From: Octopus bimaculoides | Lineage: Eukaryota | DNA: 64,000 nucleotides | Assembly (NCBI RefSeq): GCF_001194135.2 | Contig: NC_068992.1 | Coordinates: forward strand, 52,462,826 to 52,526,825 | Direction: 5' to 3' | Part shown: piece after piece, positions 24,610-35,185 of the stretch | How positions within the stretch are numbered: the stretch's first letter is position 1 | Layout: the number at the start of each line of letters is the position of its first letter | Position numbers and translations under genes: made by a program | Notes under the pieces: model-generated | Seen by the model: only the letters and a program-made list of their open reading frames with translations | What the model was told of the DNA's origin: nothing | Database searches by the model: none

Positions 24610-26596
24610 ACGGGCAATCAAATATTAGCCTCGATGTAATCCAATTGACCATCCCTCCGTTCAAAATCGCTGGCCTTGAACTATTCATATGAGCCGGCAT
24701 CACGTTCAGGATAATGTTGTAAACATGGTCTTTCAAACGTCACGGAAAGCGAATAACTGACCTTAGAGATCCAAGGCTCAAGGAAAGTTTATGCCTATTA
24801 GGTGTATGTAAATAGTATATCTGTCATATATATATATTTATATATATATAAGGTATATATGAATAGTGTACATGTAATATAAACACATATATTTATATAT
24901 ATATAATATATAAATTGCATATATGTAACGTGTGTGTGTGTGTGTGTGTATATACAATGTGCAATTGTAAATATGTCACAGATGAAAAATAAGAAAAAAT
25001 ATATTTTGTTTATGTTATCTTATCTGCTCAATATGTGTTTAGTTGATTGTCAAAAGATGTTGAACTCTGGCACTTTGGAACTTTTGCATAATAATAGTCC
25101 TTCACCATAACAAACAATAAAAGTAATTTATCAATATCTTCACTGGTAAAGTTTCTTAAAACCAATCAATAAATTAGTCAAATATAAAATATCATATGAT
25201 CAATATGTGTGTGTGTGTTTATGTATGTATGTATTTGTAATTTTACATTTTTGTTATTTATTTTCTGCTCTTGATGTTTGGAGTTTGTTTCTATATCAGG
25301 ATATATTTTGTTTATTATATTAAGAGTATTAAATTTCGTTATTGATTGGGAAAATTCTAACAAACAACAAAGCAGCTTTATTGGGCATTCCACCGATGAC
25401 TCAATTTACTGGAGTGCCAAACCAGATAGGCAGAAAAAATACAATAGTCTGAAACATCAATGCATTGGTGCTTTCAACTAGGATGCTACAAGCATATACT
25501 GGAATACAGCCGGAATGCTGCTGGATTACTGATATAATACTACTGATACTATGCCTACCAGCAGTTCTCTTGTCAACTTAATAGTACCCGTTACAAAAAG
25601 GGCGAGATAGTTAGAGACTATGATGGTACCGACATGTGTTATGTATAGGGATTGACGACTTATTTTTAAAAAGTATCATTCGAATAGGAGGCTAAATAAG
25701 CCTGTCCAAGTTCTCGCTGTCCAAATTTAAAACATGAAGTAGTTCATGTGTAACACCTGAGTGTATACTAAAATGAAAAAAAGTGCTTATTAATTATTTG
25801 GTAGTATGTAACATTTGCTAGAAGGAAGCAATTATTAAATTCTAAATTCTACATTGTCTAGAAAATTAGTTAAATATCCTAAGTTTAATTCTTATTTATT
25901 TTGTTTATCAAAATGTGGTTTACAATAATTTTATTATCGAAAGTTTCAACAGAAAAGTAATCCTCATTGACTGTCTACAAGATAGTTCTTTCTCTTTTCT
26001 TTCTCCCATACACTTCCTGGCGCTCATTTTTACAAATATCTCAGTAAAAACATTTTGCAAATTATAAGTTTAATCAGGCGTCAGCTGCATTATGTTGATT
26101 CCATTATCTTTTCATATTTTTTTTTCGTATTGCTGGAGAAACAGAAAGCTGAAGAAGTATTTGTAATTTACTTACGTCAATCCTACCAAATAAAAAAAGG
26201 CATAACAACAGATATGTGTCCCTGCAACCAACTTTATTTCTTTATAACTTCATGAAATTTTCCAGAAGTACATTTTAGATGGTGTAGATTAATGTTATAT
26301 CGGAATTTCTTGTGAAAACGTTCTCAGACGGGTGGAGAAAAATTTAATATAATTCACGCACTGTTATTTGTCATCTCTTAACTTTCTGGAAAATTGAAAT
26401 CTTTTAATAAACTTTTCTACAAATATATTTCGGAGGAGGTAGATTACGATTATGTTGGGATTTGACACGAAAAAGAAAGGGTTATGATCGAATAATTCAC
26501 AGACTTCGACATTGTATCCTGATACATTCTGATGAGGTGAATGAATTATCTTCCACTACCATCAATTTTTTTTTCCCATAACAAATTTCAATATAC

Positions 26597-27000
26597 AGGC
26601 ACAGGTGAGACTGTATGGTAAGAAGCTTGCTTCACAACCATATAGTTTCAGGTTCAGTCTCACTGCATGGCACCTTAAGCAAATGTCTTCTACTACATAT
26701 CCTCTGGCCGACCAAAGCCTTGTGAGTGGATTTAATAGATGGGAGCTGAAAGAAGCCCCTCGTATATATATTTGTGCGTGTGTATGTGCGTGTTTGTGTG
26801 TGTGTGTGTTTGTGACAGTGCTTGTCCCCCATCACCACTTGATAACCAGTGCTGGTTCAGTAAAAGAGACCGACAGAATAAGTACCAGGCTTAAAAAGAA
26901 AAGAAATAAGTACTGGGTTCTATTAATTCAATTAAAAATTCTCGAAGGCAGTGCCCCAGCATGGCCGCTGCCAAACGACTGAAACAAGTGAAAGTAGAAG
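26597..27000 (+). mobile_element. SINE family A, full length, diverged
   Basis: Head, CORE-like segment, microsatellite and tail are all alignable. Confidence 0.88.
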
Positions 27001-27129
27001 AAGAGAAAAGATAATCGCAATTTACTCAGAAACGTTATTTTTGGAAACTTTATGAAAAATATTCATTATTCTAAAAGTTATGACGAAACAAATGTCGGAG
27101 GCAGCCATCTGTACATATGATGATAACTG

Positions 27130-27476
27130 AAGACATTAATGTGGTTAACAGCTGACACTCCATCGGCTGTGATGACATGCATTCCAGTTGATACAATCAA
27201 CAGAACTGCCTGCTCAGGAAATTAATGTACCAGTGGCTGAGCACTCCATGGACATGCGTACTTTTTAAGTAGTTCTCCAAAAGATTCAATGCATCACATA
27301 ATGTGACAAGGCTGGCCGTTTGAAATACAGGTACTACTGAGTTTTGCCAGGTGAGTGGACTGAAGCTATTTCAAATAAAATGTTTTGCTCAAGGACAAAA
27401 TCTGCTGTCGGAAATCGAACTCATAACCTTTTGACCGTGAGCCAAATACACTAGCCAATAAGCTACATGCTTTCAT
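27130..27476 (-). mobile_element. SINE family D-related copy with an alternative head
   Basis: The 3' half matches 6860-7030 (GGAGTGCTCAGCCAC, CAGCCTTGTCACA). The head matches 6534-6590. Confidence 0.82.
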
Positions 27477-28105
27477 GATGTGGTTAAGCGTACGAACATA
27501 ATATTTGATTTGTTTGTAAATTCTAATAGTCTTTTTGAGTGTTTGATAGTATTTTAAATTCGTTTACAGAACAAGTGAACATATTAAATAGATAAAGGAT
27601 GCGAAAGGAAATCAAACGTGACATATCAGAAAAATTTTATATATTGGGAGTTAAATGTGTAAATATCATAATTATGATTTTTAAACATTTGGGAAATGAA
27701 TGAGCAGAAAAACCAGAGGGTAATCTTCCTGCTGGTTCATTTATATANNNNNNNNNNNNNNNNNNNNNNNNNNNNNNNNNNNNNNNNNNNNNNNNNNNNN
27801 NNNNNNNNNNNNNNNNNNNNNNNNNNNNNNNNNNNNNNNNNNNNNNNNNNNNNNNNNNNNNNNNNNNNNNNNNNNNNNNNNNNNNNNNNNNNNNNNNNNN
27901 NNNNNNNNNNNNNNNNNNNNNNNNNNNNNNNNNNNNNNNNNNNNNNNNNNNNNNNNNNNNNNNNNNNNNNNNNNNNNNNNNNNNNNNNNNNNNNNNNNNN
28001 NNNNNNNNNNNNNNNNNNNNNNNNNNNNNNNNNNNNNNNNNNNNNNNNNNNNNNNNNNNNNNNNNNNNNNNNNNNNNNNNNNNNNNNNNNNNNNNNNNNN
28101 NNNNN

Positions 28106-28145
<40 letters not shown>

Positions 28146-28346
28146 AGAGAGAGAGAGAAAGAGAGACATACATAAATACATACATGCATACATACACACA
28201 CACATATATATGTATGTGTATATAATACATACATGTATACATGCATGCATACATACATACATATTGTTTTCTACTATATTTCCTCAAGTCTAATAACTGA
28301 AATTGGGTAAAGATCAAATATACATGCACACCTACACACTCACATA

Positions 28347-28582
28347 CAGGGTTGCCCAAAAGTAGGTTTGCAGTTATCACGTAGGCACTTTAAATTTCTT
28401 TTAAAACATTTTTATTGCATTTAAATTTCTGTTTTACAAATTGAAAAGGCAACTTGATAAAATTAACTTAATTTGCATAGAATAATGGCTTCATATTTGT
28501 TTGTGAAAGAAATCTAAACTGTTAATATATGAATGCGAAAGAGATCGTTGAATATCGGTAAACCTAGTTTTGGGCCACCCTA
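28347..28582. mobile_element. Tc1/mariner-type MITE (~236 bp)
   Basis: TIRs CAGGGTTGCCCAAAAGTAGGT and revcomp TAGGGTGGCCCAAAACTAGGT, with TA on both sides. Confidence 0.85.
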
Positions 28583-28593
28583 TATATATATAT

Positions 28594-28760
28594 ATATGGT
28601 CTTATCGATGAGTATCCGGACTGTTGCTGTAGTAACAATGCTAAAGCACACAGAGTTAAGCTGCTTCGTATGGATTGACTTTGAACACTGCTGTGCATGC
28701 GTACTAAGTTTTAACGTTCCAGCTCACTTTCGCTGTTTACAGCAATGCTTGGAAGGAACA
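28594..28760 (+). mobile_element. Probable 5' end of a mariner-like element
   Basis: Follows (TA)n. GATGAGTATCCGGACTGTTGCTGTAGTAAC resembles mariner ...AAGTATCCGGAC termini (recall). No ORF. Confidence 0.45.
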
Positions 28761-28928
28761 TGGGATCTTTATGGTTTTCGTCGGTGTTTACAATTTTGTT
28801 CCAATTGTTTTCAAATTTGGTACATGGATTAAGTTTTGTATGCTAATTATGAAAATGAAATTCACTTTTCCTATAAATCCGTAATTAAAAAATTATTAAC
28901 CTTTAAAATTTGCAAAATTGGGTATTTT

Positions 28929-29010
28929 AGCCAATCAGAAGCGACTATTTTACACATCACCGCGGCGAAAGTCTTGTTTCTATAGTAACCAAAGATGCTG
29001 TGCATGCGCA
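28929..29010. promoter_or_regulatory. Cluster of NF-Y CCAAT box, RFX X-box and NRF1-like motifs
   Basis: AGCCAATCAG at 28929-28938; GTTTCTATAGTAAC at 28976-28989 fits GTHNYYATRRNAAC; TGTGCATGCGCA at 28999-29010 is one mismatch from the NRF1 palindrome. Confidence 0.45.
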
Positions 29011-29119
29011 CAAAGAGAATGAGATACGAGAAAGATGAACTTCTTACTCTAATAATACTCTTCTGTTTTTCTCCGTCACAACTTATGAATGAGAAATGAT
29101 GGGATGATAAATGAATAAG

Positions 29120-29160
29120 AATATCTGAAGAAAGAATTGTATTCCGAAATATCATCGGAC
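29120..29160 (+). ncRNA. Degenerate hammerhead-like motif
   Basis: CUGAAGA-AA-GAAU(UGU)AUUC-C-GAA-AUAU-C. The core and an AUAU palindrome are present, but stem I is only 2 bp. Confidence 0.3.
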
Positions 29161-29274
29161 TATAGATAACTAATTTACAACAGGTATATAATCCATTTTT
29201 TTTGTATTATATTGCATTGTTGTATATATATATATGTATATATATATATAGTAAATCCAAAGCAACGAAGAACA

Positions 29275-29462
29275 AACACATAAGTAAAAGACAACACCGT
29301 GAGGACGTGGTATCCGCAAAGTATTAGCAGACGCTCAGGGAAGGAAAGAAAGGTAGTTTTTACGTTTCGAGCAAAGCTCTTCTTCAGAAACAGGAGACAG
29401 AGGAAAGTCCAAGACAAAAGGAAGACGGAGGAAAAAATCGTCAGCGATCCACATTTGTTTAC
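29275..29462 (-). mobile_element. Short PLE-LTR-like repeat between (TA)n tracts, carrying a hammerhead
   Basis: CpG-intact unique segment bounded by (TA)n on both sides and containing the motif at 29356-29391. Confidence 0.55.
29356..29391 (-). ncRNA. Minimal type I hammerhead ribozyme, intact core, predicted GUA cleavage between 29361 and 29360
   Basis: GUUU-CUGAAGA-A-GAGC(UUU)GCUC-GAA-ACGU-A-AAAAC. All core bases are present, stem II is 4 bp closed by G-C, stem III is palindromic, and stem I has 3 A-U pairs plus a bulged G-C. Confidence 0.78.
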
Positions 29463-29510
29463 ATTTATATATATATATATATATTTGTATTTATTTGCTT
29501 TTCTGAGTAT

Positions 29511-29553
29511 ATTCCACTGATGAAGGCAGAGCTAGAAATCCGGGATCTGGAAT
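29511..29553 (+). ncRNA. Type I hammerhead ribozyme candidate, predicted AUC cleavage between 29547 and 29548
   Basis: AUUCCA-CUGAUGA-AGGC(AGA)GCUA-GAA-AUCC(G)GGAU-C-UGGAAU. Perfect 6-bp stem I, complete core, near-palindromic stem III. Stem II is weak (A.A mismatch). Confidence 0.7.
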
Positions 29554-29748
29554 TATCCAGTAATTTCTGCTAGTTTATTTTGTCTTTTCGTCTTCTCTCC
29601 TGGTGCTATATGAATATTTAATGTGGTTTTAGAGTCAAGTTTTGACTGCTATTTCCAGCGTGGTGGTATCTCTCAGATACCCTATATTATAATTTTAAAT
29701 AATTATTACCTTTGATGGTTTTTATTCCCATGCTGGCCACTTGATAAA

Positions 29749-29768
29749 ATCGATATTTAAATATCGAT
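29749..29768. repeat. Perfect 20-bp palindrome ATCGATATTTAAATATCGAT
   Basis: Direct. Confidence 0.95.
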
Positions 29769-29787
29769 CTTATTCTTATTTATGTAG

Positions 29788-29834
<47 letters not shown>

Positions 29835-30592
29835 AAATACACATACACACACACAAATATATACATATAAATACACAAACAGGCATGTTTATATGTGTGT
29901 GTTAATAAATTTGAATCTACAGCTATCTAAATGCCTTTGAGGGTTACAGTTGCCTGGACAAACGTAATTTCAGAGTTGCTGCAAAATAAATTGTGGACAA
30001 ATGCTTGAAATTCAACTGATCGCATTACAGTCTAAACCCATCTACGATAGGTGTGTATATAATGAGCAATTTCAAATGGTTATATACCAATTTTTGGAAG
30101 TGGGTGTTCCTTGCTTCCGTCCAAAATTTATTTCGTTTCTTGCATACAATTTGTTTTGATGTTTTCATTGTTTATTTTGAATAAGTTCATTCATTTTTGC
30201 TGTTGTTGCTGTTGTTGCTGTGGTGGTTGTTTAATTTGGTTTCTTCAGTTCCACAAGTTTTGAGAGTATCTTTGCATTATTTCTCTTCTGGTGTGTTCTT
30301 TTTTTTTGTTGTTTATTCAGTATGTTTTTTAAACTTTATTAAATTTACATTTGCCTTCATTCACTTTCTTAACTTCTGTTTTCCCAAATCTTCAGCAAAA
30401 TTGTGGATTCGCACATACACAAACACACACACGCACGCACACACACACGCACACACATTCTTGATCTAATACATACATGTGTGTAAACCTATAAATTTGT
30501 GTGTGTGTATACATATACATACATACATAAATGTATATATATATATATAAATACATGCATGCATATATACATATATGTGTATGTATGTATGT

Positions 30593-30638
<46 letters not shown>

Positions 30639-31175
30639 TCACATACACACACACGCAATACACACGCACACACACTCACTCAGACAAAAACATATATCAC
30701 CTGTTTATTTATTTACTTTTATTGAATATTTGCTTATTTATTAGTTTACCTGAACTGTCTTCAGTTCTTCTTTTATTGTTAATTTTTACCTTTAAAAACA
30801 CTTTTTTCTGTGTTCTTACATTTCTATACATTGCATTGTTGAGAAGTAACTATGTAAGAACTGGAAGGATGCGAAAGAGAGAGAGAGGAGGGAGGGGAGA
30901 AGAGATTGAGAATGGGGTAGATTGAGGAAGATGTGTGAGAGGGATGGCGTATTAGAGAAAGTTACAGAAAAAGAAAGAGTGATATTGACAGAAGATAATG
31001 AGTGAGAGAGTAAAGAAAAGGAAGATTTGAAGAAACTGATTAGGTGAGTGAAAGGAAGAAAGAAAGAATGATAGACAGACATGTAAATATTTAGATAGAT
31101 AGATAGGTAGATAGTTAGATGGATGGATGGATAGAAGGATAGATAGATAGATGGATGGATAGATGGAAGGAGTCA

Positions 31176-31386
31176 GTGAGCTAGGAGAAACGTTAGCACA
31201 CCAGGTGAAATGCTTAGCAATGTTTTGTCTGTCTTTACGTTCCGATTTCAAATTCCACCATGGTCAGTTTTGCCTTTCATCCTTTCCCCGGGGCGATAAA
31301 TCAAGTACCAGTTGCGTACTGGGGTCGATCTAATCGACTGGCTCCCTCCCGAAAAATATCAGTCCTTGTGCTTAGAGTAGGAAAGA
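31176..31386 (+). mobile_element. SINE family B, full length
   Basis: GTGAGCT...TTCAAATTCC...CCTTTCATCC...GTCGATCTAATCGACTGG...CCTTGTGCTTAGAGTAGG. Confidence 0.9.
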
Positions 31387-31457
31387 TGGATGGATGCATG
31401 GATGCATGGACGGATGGATGCATGGATGGATGGATGGATGTAGGGAGGGAGAGAGGG

Positions 31458-31540
31458 AGGAATTTGAACTCAGCACAGTAAAATGGACAAAATGCCATAA
31501 AGTATTTTACCCACTGTACTAACAATTCCTGGCAGCATGC
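31458..31540 (-). mobile_element. SINE family B 5' half, inverted relative to the 31176 copy, with (GGAT)n between them
   Basis: GGAATTTGAACTCAG...AAATGCC...CTAACAATTCCTGGCAGC. Confidence 0.7.
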
Positions 31541-32289
31541 TGCTTTACAGCTATTCACAATATTAAATACAGAATTTGTTGCATTACGTTTGGATTATTA
31601 TAATGATTGATCTCTTAATAAAATGAACTGGGGGAGTCCTTATCTTGTTTAACAATTACAATTCAATGATCCTTGTAAGTACATTCTGCTGTATTCAAAA
31701 TGCAAACAACTTGTTTAAAATTTGTAATCAAAGATTTTCTTTTTTAATTTTAATTAATGAGTCTGGAAGAAGCAGCAATGTCATTTATCTGAGACAAATG
31801 AAATTGTTGGTGTTAATATTCCAGTTAAAATGTTGTTGATCAGCATCTGCAGGAAAGACATGAGCAGAAAAGAAGATTCAAGTGGGTTGATATTTGGGGA
31901 GAAAATGACTGACCATACTAATTAGTGTATAGCAAAGGAAGCTGGGTGCACTAAGAATGATGTGAGGTAAAGGACCCACTTTAGGCATGCCTAAATGGTA
32001 GAGGAATAACACTGGACAGTCCTGAGAAACAAGAGGCTATTACAGAAATGATATATAAAGGTCAGATTGTGGAGACAGCAGTCTGTGGTTCGGGGGTTGC
32101 AGTGTGCCCATTACTAATTAGTCAAGTGGCCCTTCTCTGAAGTAATTGTATATTTCATTATTAAGACTGACACATTGTCAGTTACTATTGTAATTTTTGA
32201 TTCCTACCTAATTGTGTACATCATTGTCAGCCAATACAATGATTCTCTCATCACTAATCTGGTAAGCATGGAGAAGCCAATGCTAAAGA

Positions 32290-32632
32290 TTACTGTCAGT
32301 TTTGAAAGTGTTGCATTATTTGATCAACTGAAGTGCTTACAAATTGAATAGTAATATGAGTGGTTGAGTATTCAACAGACACTTGTACACTTCACATTAT
32401 TTCCAAACAGGTTTGACACAGCATATTTGTCAAGATTGGTCCTTTGAATTACCAGTGCAATCCATCCAATGAGCTTGTAATCTACCTTCATTTACCCAGT
32501 TTAGCAGACAAGATCTCAGGTAATTTAAAGCATTGCTGAAAGAAAATATTCCAAGAATCCAGGTAATAAGATTGAACCTTGAATCTCATGATTGCAAAGC
32601 AAACTTCTTAAACACCAAGCCATGGCTGTGTC
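32290..32632 (-). mobile_element. Old SINE D-related copy
   Basis: GTGGTTGAGTATTCAACAGACAC and CAAGATTGGTCCTTTGAATTAC align with the D tail; tRNA-like head at the right end. Confidence 0.6.
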
Positions 32633-33252
32633 AACCAAATAGTTTTGATAGCATATTACCGAACAGTAAATTTTCCACTTGTAGTGTTACATAATCCTGT
32701 GGCGTATGTTTATCATAATCCTGAAGAACTATTGAAATGGAGGAATTATTTCACACATTCATAAATAAATGTAGATTTATATGGCATCCCAGACAATTCC
32801 TGTCTAATGCTCAGACAGTCAGCCACTATACTGATTCATGAGAGAGAAAGGAATAGGAGGCAGATGGAGACAGAATTAGCAGTGGAGATAGGAAGTAAAA
32901 GACAGAATAACAATTGTTGGACAGAAAGACAGAGAGATGGATAGATAGATAAATAGATAGAAAAGGAGAGAAAGAGAAAGAGTAAAAGAGAGAGGCAGAA
33001 ATTAAGAGAATGAAATAGAATGATATGTATAGTTTTGTATTTATACATATATGTATATATAATGCATGCATATGTGTGAACACATGTATGCGAGTGTGTG
33101 TATATATGCATGCGTACCTGTATATGTTTGTTTATTTGTATATATATTAAATACATGTGTGTGTGTCTATGTATGCATATATATATATATAATATAGATA
33201 TACATGTATATGTGTATATATATCTATACCTATATATCTATCTATCTATCTA

Positions 33253-33285
<33 letters not shown>

Positions 33286-34330
33286 NNNNNNNNNNNNNNN
33301 NNNNNNNNNNNNNNNNNNNNNNNNNNNNNNNNNNNNNNNNNNNNNNNNNNNNNNNNNNNNNNNNNNNNNNNNNNNNNNNNNNNNNNNNNNNNNNNNNNNN
33401 NNNNNNNNNNNNNNNNNNNNNNNNNNNNNNNNNNNNNNNNNNNNNNNNNNNNNNNNNNNNNNNNNNNNNNNNNNNNNNNNNNNNNNNNNNNNNNNNNNNN
33501 NNNNNNNNNNNNNNNNNNNNNNNNNNNNNNNNNNNNNNNNNNNNNNNNNNNNNNNNNNNNNNNNNNNNNNNNNNNNNNNNNNNNNNNNNNNNNNNNNNNN
33601 NNNNNNNNNNNNNNNNNNNNNNNNNNNNNNNNNNNNNNNNNNGGAGAAATGAAAAATCTATTTTGCTTCTCTAGTGAATATTTTATCAAACTCTCTTCCA
33701 CCACACCCTCTCTCTCTCCTTCCATTTTCCCTCCCTATCTCTCCCTCCCCATCCCCCCTCTCTCTCTGTAGTTGACAGAAGAAACACAACCAAGAAAGCC
33801 AACTTATAGACAGCTCGTCTGAAACACACAACATGTTATGCATAAATATATCTCCATTGAGAAATCATTTACTAACAGATAATAACTTACCCAGAAATCA
33901 ATCTGGCATTCATAATTAGCTTCGTTTACTTACCTTTGTTAATCCTACTTATTTCTCACTGATAAAATAGCTTTCTTTTTTTACTATTTTTTTTTGCTCC
34001 CTATTTTTCAAGTTTTTTTTTTATTTCATCCATTTATTTATTTTTTTTTGGTGTGATTTGAGTTCATGTATTTAGTTAGATTCCATCTATCACGTTGTAT
34101 CTTCCAATGTTTGTAGCAGACAAAATAGCAAATTGTTAGAGAATGGAAGCTTGCAGTTCCAATGCTGACTCTATTTAGTTTCTGTACGACCAAACTTCAA
34201 TTTGTTACAATCACTCTTTTTCTTGTTGAAGTTCTTTCTTTTTATTGTACTGTTTTTATTACTATTACTATTATTATTATTATTGTTGTTGTTGTTGTTA
34301 TCATTATTGTTGTTGCTATTATTATTATTA

Positions 34331-34878
34331 TTGACTGAGAGAGCAGCTCATGCCATCAAAGAGACACTGGAGTACAAATATGCGAAGCCCATCAGGACAA
34401 CCCCTATGATAAAGGTACACCAGGCACATGCATCACAACCATATGTACACAACATAGTGACTTGATATCAGGATAAACAGCACATGACCTTGCAGGTGGG
34501 GCCCAGTAAGAATTTTCTTCAAGTCAAGTAGCCCGTCCAACTCAAAAGGTCCCTGAAAAAGGGTTACCTAAGGATGTTGAATGAAACACCCATGTTTCCA
34601 GCAGTGAATTATTCAAACCCCACAGAATTCCTCTCAACACATAGCTATGATGCTCCCCAACTACTTCTGATCATGATCAGAGATGTACATATCCTCTGCC
34701 ACCAAGGGACATGCTCAACTGGATATGGTCAAACACCTGACAAGCAAATCTGTGGTATTGAGCAGAATATTTGCTGTAGCCCATCTTTTACACCAAGACA
34801 AAACACATACATGATAACACTTCCAATCAGTTAAGATAAGAAGCCATGAGAGCCACTTCCTGGTACTGCATCAGGGTA
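34331..34878. mobile_element. Unclassified ~550-bp non-coding element embedded in (ATT)n/(GTT)n on both sides
   Basis: Complex, higher-GC segment with sharp boundaries against trinucleotide tracts. No recognisable protein, tRNA boxes or TIRs. Confidence 0.55.
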
Positions 34879-34898
34879 TTATGATTATTATTATTATT

Positions 34899-34937
<39 letters not shown>

Positions 34938-34939
34938 AT

Positions 34940-35149
34940 TAGGGTGACAAGCTGACCGAATCATTCGCAAGCTGGGCAAAGTGCTTGACAGCATTTCTTC
35001 TGTGTTTACATTCTGAGTTTAAATTCTGGTGAGGTTGACTTTATTTTTCACCATTTTGGGGGTCAATATAACAAGTGCCCGTTGAGAAAAGGGGCTGATG
35101 TAATCGACTTAACCACTTCCCTGGAATTGATGGTTTTATGCCGAAATTT

Positions 35150-35150
<1 letters not shown>
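34940..35150 (+). mobile_element. SINE family B with (ATC)n tail
   Basis: AAGCTGACCGAATCATT...GAGTTTAAATTC...GATGTAATCGACTTAACC. Confidence 0.85.

Positions 35151-35185
<35 letters not shown>

Noticed and set aside
33880-33960. Two minus-strand GTAAGT donors 45 bp apart
   Set aside because: The candidate 25-nt exon has stops in all frames; chance donors are expected in 64 kb.
34820-34880. HDV-like or U2-like fold at the end of the ATT-embedded element
   Set aside because: P1 needs a bulge, there is no GG for P1.1, and it does not match U2 snRNA.
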